Assembly: GCA_002633005.1 (NCBI GenBank)
Contig: NMRA01000196.1
Location: forward strand, 20,169 to 74,759
Length of the DNA: 54,591 nucleotides
Reading direction: 5' to 3'
DNA from: Phoronis australis
Taxonomy: Eukaryota; Animalia; Phoronida
Each line of letters begins with the position of its first letter. The first letter of the stretch is position 1. The notes under the pieces are model-generated. The model saw nothing but the letters and a program-made list of their open reading frames with translations. It did not search any database and was not told the origin of the DNA. The translations under genes were made by a program, and so were the position numbers. Shown here in pieces: positions 11,117 to 22,800 of this stretch.

Positions 11117-13249
11117 ACCAACAAAGGAAATCAACATAAAAAATATGGCGCAATTTCAACATCAACGTCGCATATCACATCTGACGCAGCCAAGTCAAGT
11201 TATTTTTGAAATTCATCCTGGTACGGGAATTGGGGATAGTTAGGCCTATAAAAGATCTTTAACCCAGCCGCAGAGCGTCTAAAGCCGCGCACCGTACCAG
11301 TGACTACTGGCAACTCATCGGAGACTCAACTTTAACATCCTTCGCCGCAGAGATAACAACTCTTGGGCTGTCTCCGGTGAGTCCATTCTTTGTTGAATGA
11401 TGTTTAGGTAAATTTATATTGAAACAGTCTCATTGTCTTAACGACTAAACTATCTCGTGGTAACGACTTACAAGTAATAGCAGAGTTGCATCCGGGGTCA
11501 GATTGTTGAATTATGGGCCCGGGGCTATCATTTGTTAAACAAGTCGGGCCAAAACTGTGGAGTTGGTTGGTAACGAGCCTGTAAGATTTGAAGTTAGTTA
11601 GGAACATATTTTTTTGTTCCCAGATCATGGAGTTGGCCGTAGGACTGACACGAAACATTTTCCGTGCCCAGTGTGAAGTTAGCTGAGGGTACGAATTTTC
11701 TGGTGTTCGACAGAAGAATTCAGCCACGTCGGTGTTGACTTGGCTGGGGACGGTGAACTAAAGACTATGGCAAATATTAGTGCCGCGGTTGCCCAGGAAA
11801 CGGCAATTCCTGTGCGAAGAAGCTCCAATTATTTTAAAAATAAGGCGGATCTCGATCATTAACATGAACCCATAATTAATTCAGAGTGCGAATATACTGA
11901 CAAAACTCTACGCGAAGTGTAAAAATGACGGGAGACAACATGGGTTTTATTCAATCAGTCACCGTTGGTTGGGGAAGCGACGGGATCTTCTCTTTTCTTT
12001 CAAACAGAGGGTCATGCAATACACCATCCTCTGCCTTAAGGACATACACTGTACAGGTAGTTTCCCACCAAAGCAACTGCTTTTCAACAGAAATAATAGC
12101 ATTGTGTGAATCAGTTGCGCAGGGCAGATCTTGTCCGCACAGCTTGGTAAATTAGAAAACTGCGCCCAGCGGGAAAGAGCTTATTCGACTTCAACCGAAT
12201 CAATTCTGAGAACAGGCATATGTGGTTACATAACCGTCTCTGATGTCAGATCAGGCAGACAGCTGCTCATTGCAATGGCTATACGCAGTCAACCCTCCAA
12301 AATTTTGCTTGCTTCATATGATAATTCTTTTCAACTCCATTTGTTGGCGTAACTAAATTGTTTTTGCCAACAAGATGTAAAGACCAGTGTATCACAGATA
12401 ATAAAGCCTAATACAAAGTATTACAGTTTTATTTTTTTCATTTTCAGCAGTGAGTAGGAAGGATGTCACCTTCTAATTTAATCACTTATATAGTTGAAAT
12501 TTGAGTGGAAGCGGGAATCTCAATGACAGAATTACAAGAACACTTCTTGGATTATTTAAATTCATTTGTTAATCTATTGAAATAACAATAAACCCAAGGC
12601 ATTAAGAAATATTACCTGTACATATTATTTCAGGCGTTCATTATGGCAACCTAATTCTATCATGCTTTAGTCACTGAGTCATAGAAATGAAGGAACAAAT
12701 CAGAATACGACTGCGATTTAATCTACAGTTCAAATTAAAATCAAGTGCTTTCAGTTGGAATTATATACTTGATTTCTACAGTGAAAGACTTTCAAGGTAG
12801 TTGAAGGTTTCATCTACTAGCTGTACATGACTCTTTAATGTACAGTAACTCCTTATTAGGGATTTGCAGATAATATTAACTGAATTAGCTGAAGTGAGAG
12901 ATACAGGGAATATAGTCAATAGTCTCTCACTTCATTTTATGGATGTTGGCACCTGTTGTCCTAAACTGTTGTAAATATGATCCTAATGATGTCTAATGAA
13001 AAGGCGAAACGTTGAATTCAACATGAACTTTTTTACTTGTGCGGCAATGGTCCGGTTTTTTATCTTACTGTGGCTAAAAACTGATTTGATATGACGATAA
13101 TCACTGAGGTTACACCAAAATAGTCCATAGCATTTCCGTTAACATTTTGAAACGATCTTCAAAGGACAAACTTACATTTTGAAAACGTTTTGGGTTTTTT
13201 CCGATAAATTTCTAAGTGTTGTTTTCGTCTTTTAAAGGTGATTTACACA

Positions 13250-14281
13250 ATGTCCAACTACACAAGCAACACCAGCGAGCGGGAAGTCGACGACTCTTCA
13301 CAGCAACTTCTTGTCGCCTGGAAGTGGACAGTTGTCATCCTTCAACTCTCTATCATAGTGGCGTCTGTGTTTACAAACTTCCCTGTATTATTTCTGCTGA
13401 GAAAGCACAAGATATTAAACAACTCGTCAGGCATACTCGTTAAGTCCATACTATTTATGAATATTTGTCACAGTTTAATAACTATACCACTGGACATTGC
13501 AATATTCAGTATATTAGCCTCTGAGGAATTCCTTGTATGGTTGTGCCAGAAACCTGCTTTATACTCACTGGTGTACTACGCTTATGCTTTACCATTAGCT
13601 GCACAAAATTGGACTCACGCGCTTATAGCCTTTGACCGTTTCTTCGCTACAATATGGTACAAAAAGTACCCTATGCTAACGAAGAGACACCATGCTTTCT
13701 CATTTTGCATAGCTTTTGTAGCTGCATCTGTGACGCCTGTTTGTCAGTTTGCCATAGAAGTTGATTTTGACTATTCGGTTCCCAACAACACAATCTGCTT
13801 GGCGCAACTAATGAGCAGTGACATTTTTACACCAACGTTTCTTGGAGTTAACGTAATTTCACCACTGGTGGCGTCTTATCTGTTGTACATATGGACAGTG
13901 ATGACTGTGAGGAGGCAGCTCCGATTCGTAGTACCAATGCAGCCACACTTAACGTGGGCTGCACCTACGTACAGCGTGATAAGTAATAAGAAAAGAGACA
14001 AATACACGAAATCTGTGGCGCGACTACTGGTTGCAATAACAATATGCGTCGTCCCTTCGACCATCATAAGTACAACTGCTGCAGAGCTGTTTCCGTTGCT
14101 AGGACCAATAGTGTGGACAGCAGTAACGGATATTTCCGCACTTATGTCCATGATGACGTGTGTTATGGATTCGATATTGCTATTGGCTTCTAGTGCTAAA
14201 CTACGTCAGCATTTGATTACCTTTTGCAAACGCCCATTTAGATTCATTAATCCACCAAACCAAAACGTAATGACTGAATAG
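13250..14281 (+). CDS. Class A (rhodopsin-like) orphan GPCR, single coding exon, 343 aa
   Basis: Intact ORF with 7 hydrophobic segments and N-terminal N-glycosylation sequons (NYT, NTS). Motifs: TM1 Asn (SVFTN), Cys before TM3 (LCQK), AFDRFF (DRY variant), ECL2 Cys (TICL), TM5 Pro, TM6 ICVVP, TM7 MDSILL, helix 8 KLRQHL plus Cys. A splice acceptor TTTTCGTCTTTTAAAG ends at 13237, just before ATG 13250. Confidence 0.9.
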   Translation: MSNYTSNTSEREVDDSSQQLLVAWKWTVVILQLSIIVASVFTNFPVLFLLRKHKILNNSSGILVKSILFMNICHSLITIPLDIAIFSILASEEFLVWLCQKPALYSLVYYAYALPLAAQNWTHALIAFDRFFATIWYKKYPMLTKRHHAFSFCIAFVAASVTPVCQFAIEVDFDYSVPNNTICLAQLMSSDIFTPTFLGVNVISPLVASYLLYIWTVMTVRRQLRFVVPMQPHLTWAAPTYSVISNKKRDKYTKSVARLLVAITICVVPSTIISTTAAELFPLLGPIVWTAVTDISALMSMMTCVMDSILLLASSAKLRQHLITFCKRPFRFINPPNQNVMTE

Positions 14282-14869
14282 TAATTACCTCTTAGTCCAA
14301 GGTAGAAAATGTTTGGCATTAGGCCCATATTTCACCCAAGTTTGAGTTCGAGGCCTCACACAAACTCTTGCGGTATTACATAATAAAAAAAGAATTGCAG
14401 GCGGACTGATACAATTTGTACCAGACATGTTCATGCAGGACAAGCTTGTGGGCCCATTCCACTGATCACCTGGAACCATTTTTATGCTTTATTAATATAT
14501 CGTTAAAAACACGACTACACATTTTGTGTGCAAGCTTGATACTCGTAATTTTGCAACAGTCTCCATTCTGCAGGTGTGCAGGTATGAAGTAAAACACCGA
14601 GATAGGCCTACATAACAAACAAAGAAACTAAGACACTCGCTATATTTCAAGAATGTACATGTATGTCTCATCATCAGGCAATGAGTGAAATGAACATATA
14701 GATAGCGAAATAAAGAGTGAAATACACGTGACAGTGGGAAGAGAGGTATACAAGTAGAGAGTGCGAATGTAACACACGTGTGGTACACACCTGTGAGCTG
14801 CTCATTCAACACAAGTTTTTTGTGACTGATCACTAATGCGACAACGAAACAGGAGAACAACCGTGAACG

Positions 14870-15300
14870 TACGAAAACCATTGCCTCTTTCCCCTACGTG
14901 GGAGGTGTATCTAAAAATTTACAACGTACCTGTGGTCGGTTTGGTATCATGTGGTACATAAACCGGGTAATACATTGAGACATCCTATGGTGGACTCTGA
15001 AGACATGCGAGAAAACTTGCATTAGTGGTGTAGTACATGGTATCCACTGCGATGCGATCAGCTCCATGAAGGGGAGATTGAACAACCCTTCGGGAAACGT
15101 ATAATACCAACATAGTAGAGCTGCTGGTGAAGGATTTATCCAACCGTGTGCACCACTCGACACATGCATTTTGTAAAATGGTGGGATTTTGTTGAATAAA
15201 AAGAATTGGTTCGACAGAGGAGTACACCAGACAAACGAGATCCCGCGTGGCCGGTATTCCCTTTACTATAGTCAACATCATTCCATAGAAGCAGACGACG
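14870..15300 (+). mobile_element. Penelope-like retroelement remnant (linker + GIY-YIG endonuclease)
   Basis: Frameshifted reading PYVGGVSKNLQRTCGRFGI..VHKPGNTLRH..SGVVHGIHCD..QH..KNWFDRGV resembles the Penelope/Poseidon C-terminus. Confidence 0.65.
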
Positions 15301-15349
15301 CGTCTAAAGCTAAAGCCCCACTTTTTTCAGTGCTACGCCGCACATGGTC

Positions 15350-15419
15350 TATAGGCGGTGCAGCACAGGGGGATGAGGGAGCTTTAGCCCCCCACTTTTT
15401 CAGGGATGCACCGCCCATG
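15350..15419. mobile_element. Short (~70 bp) TIR element; related copies at 20463-21143 (interrupted) and 21148-21207
   Basis: Termini TATAGGCGGTGCA...TGCACCGCCCATG. The internal GGGCT.TAGCCCC.ACTTTTT is shared among copies. Confidence 0.6.
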
Positions 15420-15590
15420 ATTCGACAACCATTTCCATAGCACTGACGAAAACGAGTTAAAATATAGTCACTCAATAGTCAAAATGCATCGCATGCCTAC
15501 CTACAGTGTGCCTATTAGAGGCTCTTACATCTATACTGTCTGTAAGTGTTGTTATAGGCCTACATTGTATTCCTATTCCTTCGTATCTCC

Positions 15591-18500
15591 TAGCGGGGAG
15601 GGAATGTGCGCAGATTTTCAAAAATTGGGCGCTTTGTGACAAGTTTTTGCAATTTGGTACGCTGTTAGGTATAAGCAAAGGGAATTCAAAAAAACACCGC
15701 AAACAAAGTGTGCTGACCCCCTGGTGATTGTTACGCGCAAAATCCAATACAGCCGCCGCCGAAAATATGTCGGCTGTTATTATCACCAGAACGAATTCTA
15801 ATACTACACTTTCAATATTTTGGGGGTGAGAAGTTCATTTCTAGTGTTAATTTTATGTTTTGACGCCAATTCTAATGCAAAATGATACTTTCAAAGCAAA
15901 TGTCATTCTCAAATAACTCAAATTTATGTTTGTCGTCGTAGAAGTTACTTTGTTTAATTAATGGGTATATCGATGCGATTCGCCTCACAAATTTCCAAAA
16001 TTACCATTTTCTGAAACCAGATTCGCACAAAATGGGACTTTTCCAATGGACAGTGACAATACTTGTAGACTGAGACTATAGAAACGTAGATACTTTATTA
16101 GCAACTGAATGAGCAGAGTTGTCTACCAAATACTGCTGGCTGCTAGTTTGTATCATTGTATGCATACTTATAAAGCAACTAGATATTGAGAAAGATGAAA
16201 TGTCAAGTTTAAGAGTCGTTGCTCGTGCAGGCACCTTCACATTTGCACAATGTGGTACACCGGCCAAGTACAGATCGATGGCACTTACAATTGCCTTTGC
16301 AGGCAACAACACAGCTACAATGGAGACGTATGGCCGTATGGCCTATATCTTCCAAATCAGTCCAATATGGCACTCATTTTGTAGCTCTGGCATTCCATTC
16401 CCAACCTCATAGATATGGGTTTGTTATCTGGGTTTTTTTGCCAAGAGACTGTTTCCAAACAAAAGCTGCATTGAGCAGGGAAAGTTTAGCATGTTGCAAT
16501 AAAGCCTGCTGTGTTGGTGGTAGTGATTCCAGAGTCTTCAGGCCATGGGCAAACAGAAGGTTTCCTGCTCCATTCACAGTTCTTACTGTACTTTAGAACT
16601 GTCCAGCGTTCAAGGTGTCGTAAAAGAAGTGAGTCAAGTGTTAGGGTAGTTGAGTCATAAGTGATGACAATAAAAGTATTGGTGACCTCAGGGAAAGCAT
16701 CCCAAGCACTCCATGCAATTTGTTTGTCAATCCCAAACATTGCTGAGACAACATCACAACCTGTCATTACATGGAAGTGTAGGAGGGCTTCACGTTTCTG
16801 CGGCCCAAGATTTTGAGAGATTTGTTGGAAAGGGATATCCTTATAGTTTTTCCAGATGCAAATCCAATCCACAACACTTAGAGACCTTGCTCGTGAAAGA
16901 CGCTGACTGCTAGAACCACCACGACAATGACAACTGTTCTAAAGTAAGCCTTGGTGTGACCCTGAGCAGCTGCATGTTGCAAATGTAGCATCATCCTCGT
17001 GCCAGCTTCTTTCTGTAGGCATGAAGGCAATGCTGACACATCTGTTGGTTTGGTGCTGAGTATTAGGTCGGAATTTGTTGTAAGCAGTTGGTACTGTGAA
17101 TCAGCTGTGCTTCTCAGAAGGTCCTGGACGTTGAACTGGAAGAGCTCGTCCTTGTTTTGAAAATCTTTGAGGAATGTCTGCCACTGAGTTCCCCTGGGCA
17201 TTGGTATTTTAGCAGAAACTCGTGTTTGTTGTATTTCAGTCTCACCATGCTTCACACTAGTCTATGACTTCAGACTATCCTCTCTGTATGTATCCCAGAT
17301 TGCGTCCACTCTTATTGTACTCTCTGTCATCTGGCTTTGCACCTATGGCAGCAATTGCATCTGTATGTACTCCTTAAACACTTTTGCACGCTTGGGTTTT
17401 ATAATTTGTATTATGGCGGTCTATGGAGAACCACCAAAGAAACTTCCTTGACTGATAGAGATCGGTTAGGAACGGGCATGCCAAACAGACATGCAAGAAT
17501 ATCAGACTTGGTTCCTGACCGGAGCTTACCTCTGCACATAATGACGGGGGTTTACGCTGACTTTCGTGCTTAAAAAAATCTAAGTTCTTTATTCCAGGAC
17601 GTTCTTGGAGTGACATAAACATCATGGTGATGAGAGTCGTATTCGCTTTGGCAGATCCCAGCTTGTCATTATCCTTCTTTAAATCAGTGGGTGGTCTGTT
17701 GGCGAAAGTAAACAAGTTGATCCCTGGGATGATGTTAGGGAATGGTTTGGTAACAAGTTTCTGTGAATTTGGTTTAATCAATGTTCGGATCTTCTCTAAG
17801 GCAGCTGATGATCTGATGCTTCATGATCTCACCTGTGTCCAAAGTAATTAGATCTGAGCCAGTCTCCTTGAACGGATTGACAACTCGACCCTCCTTCACA
17901 AGGTCGCATAGAGCTTTGAGGTCCTCGAGAAACTTTGTTTTTTCGGCAATAGAAGACAAAGCTCAGGATGCTCCAGATTGTCATTGCTTCTTAACATAGA
18001 GAAGTATGCATCCTCAAACTCATCAATTAACCTCAACACTTCTGATTTGAGAGCTCACTCATAGCCTTGCCTTCTTGTTGGCCATATAGTCCCTTTGCAC
18101 CACAGTCCTCCTTCAACAACTTGATACTGTGTTCTTGGCTCTGGTCAAAGAAAACTTCTTATCAATACGTTGAACAACAAATTTCCCTTCCACGAAAGCT
18201 TCGTGCACTGAATGGTGGGTCTGTGTAAGTTGTGTCATATCTCTCAACAAAAGGGCATCCAGCGTGCGTATTTCGTATGTCTTAATGCAAAAAACCATGA
18301 ACACATTTCTTCACATGCTTTCAAAGTTAATGGTCAATCGAATGAAGCAACAATTAATTAGCAGGTAGTCTCTTACAATTTTCCAATATTAAACTGTTGG
18401 AGCATTGCCGACTCGTTTTTCCCACATGCCAAAGCTTTCCTGAGGTCCAGAGCTTTCATGACAGTACTCGTCATCATATGCCTATTTCTTTAACTCATTA

Positions 18501-19205
18501 AGCCAGGCAAGAGTGAGCTGGTATGTATATCTGGTACGCTTTACATGCCTTTCACCCAGGGGAGATGATGCAACACTAGGAGTGAAGACATTGGCTTGGG
18601 AGAACATGTGGTCCCTTCCAGATTCGTCCAACAGTTTACATGTACCTCCACTCTCTTGAGATGCCATTTCGATGTGAAGCATGCCCATGAAGCGTACTAG
18701 GTCTACCATTTTTGATTCACCGACCTCATCAGGGTACCCCATTGACATTTTTTTTCTTCTGAGCATTATATACAGCCTGATTCAACCCAACAAAAATATT
18801 AAATCGAATAGATGCAAGAGCAGAGCTGCCCGGCCCAAGAGTTTGACATTTTCTATCCAGAGACAATGCGCGGGGCCAAGCGGTGGTATTTTCAGTTCAA
18901 AGACAGTGTGAAAAGATTTAAATGGCCTCAAAGCATAAAACTAACATCACAAATGAACTCCATGGACCCAAAACATTGAAAACATGGATTTACAACATGT
19001 CCTAGTGATGATAATAGCCGAGATATGCCAATTTCCATTTTCGAAGGCGGTCATACTGGATTTTGTGCGTAGCGGCCACCAGGGGGTTAACACAGTTTTT
19101 GCGGTGTTTTTCTAGAAAGTTTTACCTATTTCTAACATTGAACTAATTTGCAGAAACTTGTCACAAAGTGCGCGATTTACATGTTTATGAATTCCCTATC
19201 CGCTA
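15591..19205 (-). mobile_element. Academ (AcademX-type) DNA transposon, internally deleted and degenerate, both TIRs present
   Basis: ~180-bp imperfect TIRs starting TAGCGG (15591-~15770 vs reverse complement of ~19030-19205). Minus-strand fragments: MGMLHIEMA, NPFKET..LITLDTG, DFFKHESQ..PPSL, WQTFLKDFQNKDELF, KEAGTRMMLH (XPG/PIN-like HEEADTR), ALLHFHVMTGCDVVS, and a C-terminal Cys8 HCSCVVACKGNCKCHRSVLGRCTTLCKCEGAC (~16220-16325). No TSD is evident. Confidence 0.85.
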
Positions 19206-19409
19206 TGTAACAACTGCATGTACTTGTATGTACGTGGTAGAATCGGTACAATGCATGTTGAATGATATAGTAGTGTATGCTACATGCAGAGGGATGTGAC
19301 GCCCGTGTAATGGATATATCAAGTTAAGAAACGAATGATTTATAAAAGACTTATTAAATGAATGTTAATTGTACAGGTGCCTCGCATGTCATTTTTGATT
19401 GTAAAACAA

Positions 19410-19744
19410 NNNNNNNNNNNNNNNNNNNNNNNNNNNNNNNNNNNNNNNNNNNNNNNNNNNNNNNNNNNNNNNNNNNNNNNNNNNNNNNNNNNNNNNNNNN
19501 NNNNNNNNNNNNNNNNNNNNNNNNNNNNNNNNNNNNNNNNNNNNNNNNNNNNNNNNNNNNNNNNNNNNNNNNNNNNNNNNNNNNNNNNNNNNNNNNNNNN
19601 NNNNNNNNNNNNNNNNNNNNNNNNNNNNNNNNNNNNNNNNNNNNNNNNNNNNNNNNNNNNNNNNNNNNNNNNNNNNNNNNNNNNNNNNNNNNNNNNNNNN
19701 NNNNNNNNNNNNNNNNNNNNNNNNNNNNNNNNNNNNNNNNNNNN
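19410..19744. other. Assembly gap (335 N)
   Basis: Run of N. Confidence 0.99.
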
Positions 19745-19905
19745 GACCCCATGCTCATGCCACGACCCCTTTGCTCATGTCACGACCCCATGCTAATGCC
19801 ACGACCCCATGCTCATGCCACGACCCCATGTTCATGTCACGACCCATGCTCATGTCACGACCCCATAATGATGCCACGACCCCATGCTCATGCCATGACC
19901 CCATG
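19745..19905. repeat. 19-bp minisatellite GACCCCATGCTCATGCCAC (~8 copies visible, likely continues into the gap)
   Basis: Direct tandem copies start at the gap edge. Confidence 0.9.
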
Positions 19906-20534
19906 CACCTTTACTGACATCGACACTCTAACTCGGAATTTAGAAAAACAACAAGAAAACCAAGGTATTTTCAACCTCGTCCAGGCAATTGGGTGTTGTT
20001 CGATTTCTGGCTTCTCTAATCAGAAAGTGGAACAATGCTTCAAACAGAGTGGTTGATCGTAAGTAGTTTACAAGATATCCAGCCCGGCGTTATTGACTTC
20101 AAGTATGCAGTTTACTTCTCCAGTACTTTTCTGTAAAAATGAGTAACATCAGGTCTTCCAGACGGCGAAGAATTGTTTCTTGGCGATCGAATATAAGGCG
20201 TGTTACAGAGCATCCTGATATCGTCTAATTCAGTTCTTAGCAGATGTATATAAAAAGCCCACAGCGATCATTGTGTATGGCATTTGCCGACGGGCAGTTA
20301 CTCCAGCACCAGCCAGCTCCTTGCCACGATCAATACATATGTTGTCATCCCTCTAGAACCGAGCTTACTCCACCAAAATTCAGCTCGTTGATTGGCTGTG
20401 GACCATATAAAAACAAGGTCTGAAATTGAGCACGGCCCGTCAATGTTCGCACAGCGTAAGAACATGGGCGGTGCACGTACATATAGGGGGCTGGGGAGGA
20501 GCGGGGCTATAGCCCCACGTCCCCAATCGTTTCA

Positions 20535-21129
20535 CCCTTACGAAAAATTCCAATAGGATTTCCTATTGGATTCCTAAAGGAAATCCTACATGATTTCCAT
20601 AGGAAATTCAATAGGATCCAATAAGAATCCAAATGCATTTTGGCCAAATATCCTACAGAAAATCCTATATTGGATCCTATAGGAATTCGTATAAGACTTG
20701 AATATATCCAGTAGGCAGTTCAATATGATTTTATAGGAAGTTCAATAGGATTCTATGAATCAATTAACATACATGTATTAAGACTCGCCTGAATATTAAA
20801 ATTTACAAAAATTAATCACTCAGAAGAGCTGAAATTAGAAAAAATCAAATCTATATTTTACAATATAGTCTTAGGCTATTTGTTTGTTAAAATGCTTAGA
20901 AATCAGATTGGTGATTAAATTCCTATAGTATTTTTTCAATATAATTTCCTATAGGATATCTTGATCCTATAGGAATTCAATAGGAAATGATATTCCTATA
21001 GAAATTCCTATATGAATTCCTATAGGACTATCATTTCCTATTGAATTCCTATAGGAAATCTTATCCTATAGGATCCTATAGGAATTCCTATAGGATCCTA
21101 TAGGATTCTATTGAATATTTTCGTATGTG
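20535..21129. mobile_element. EnSpm/CMC-like MITE (copy A) with CCTATAGG subterminal repeats, 2-bp TSD (CA)
   Basis: Left end CCCTTACGAAAAATTC, right end GAATATTTTCGTATGTG, flanked by CA on both sides. Its core is shared with 22261-22800. Confidence 0.8.
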
Positions 21130-22260
21130 CAGTGCCACCCATGATCTATGGACGGTGCACCACAAGTGGGCTGTAGCCCCCACTTTTTTCAATGCTGCGG
21201 CGCCCATTAAGAAGGGCAGTGTTTATTGAATATGAGCGTTTTCAGAACCACTACTTGGCCTCCCCACTTTACCTGTAGAAAATGCACAGGGTTGGACAAT
21301 TGCATTTGAAAAACAATTGCAATTGTGTTCCTGCGGTCTTAGAAAAACGAGCAGGTGCACCTGACCATGGCCGGAGAATAGACCGACCGAAACGTCGTGA
21401 CAGTGTAAATAGACAAGAGGTCGGTGTAAAAAAACCAAGAGATTTAAATAATAGTTTTAACACGCCACCAACATGCGCGCACCCAGCCTGAAATATATAG
21501 AGGGGCTCGAATTTTTCGTTAGGCGCACCTTTTACGGAAAGACATCAACGAGGACTAAGAAAATATAAAAACGGGGCCATTAGGCGTTCAGGCCCACGAA
21601 TTGTGCATCTGCGCCGACTTCCCGTGGATTTTGTGGACATTTGTCTCGTTTACTTGGACTTTTTGTTTCACTGAAGCATACCTTTTTGCCCAATTCGTCA
21701 AATTGGGGGGCTCGTTCGAGCCCACTGATCCCCTGCCGGGTGCGCCCATGACCACCTCAGACCAAAGTCGAGAATGGGCAACTCGACTGATTTGCCTACT
21801 TCAGGAATTGCGGGATCGGATCAGTCAAAGACCTCATGCTGTTGTGAGTGGTTAGTTAAAATGCCTCAAGCTGCTGGTGTTATGGTTCGTTGATCCACCA
21901 CAAACACACTGGGGGAGTCCAGTCAGAATTCTGTGCATTTGCAATTATCAAACCAGTAGCTAGGGAGCGTTGGCTTTTGAACGAGGTAGGCCAATTAAGT
22001 AAAATAATTATCTGTGGCGTAAATAATTACTTTACGCCTCTAATATGTTAATCCGCTTGGCCAACCATGCATAAGATCACCGTCGATCGCAACGTCGCCA
22101 GTTAGCAGTAGAGAGACTGGAGCGCGTTTTCGTCCAGTGCTGTTGTGGTAACAAGTGGGTAGGCGCCCACCATCGCATCGCCCTTGAGCGCTGAATTTTG
22201 AAGTGCATTGAACTCGCAAAACCCGACTCACAAACATGTAGGCTTACTTTGTGACTCATG

Positions 22261-22800
22261 CCCTTACGAAAAATTACAATAGGATTTCCTATTGGATTCC
22301 TTTTTTGATTTCCTATTGGATCCTATACTATTTCTTACAGGAAATCCTATAGAATCGAATTGGAAATCCTATAGAAATCCTTTAGGATATCCTATAAGAA
22401 ACCCTATAGAAATTCGTACATGTATACAAGGCTTTAATATATCCAGTAGGCAGTACTAGGTAGGAAGTTCAATAGGTTTCTACGAAGCAATTACTAACAA
22501 ACATATATTGAGACTCGCCTGAATATTAAAATTTTAGTACAAAAGTTAATGTCTCAGGAGAGCTGAAATTAGATAAAAACAAACCGATATTTATATACTC
22601 TTAGGGTTTGTTTGTTAAAATGTTTAGAAATCAGATTTGTGAAAAAGTTCTTATAAGAGTTTTTCTATAGGAATTTCTATAGGATCATTTCAGTTGATCC
22701 TATAGGAATCCTATATAGGAAATCGATATTCCTATTATAGGAATTCCTGGCTATGGGAAACCTTGATCCTATAGGAATCGACATAGGAATTCCTGTAAGG
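22261..22800. mobile_element. EnSpm/CMC-like MITE (copy B), right end degenerate or truncated
   Basis: Starts CCCTTACGAAAAATTACAATAGGATTTCCTATTGGATTCC. Shares AGACTCGCCTGAATATTAAAATTT and AGAGCTGAAATTAGA with copy A. Confidence 0.75.

Noticed and set aside
11340-11760. Minus-strand ORF 11404-11727 (AEFFCRTPENSYP...) as a transposase remnant
   Set aside because: Only a vague resemblance, with no second supporting motif.
19354-20056. ORFs spanning the N run
   Set aside because: Artefacts of Ns and of the minisatellite translation.
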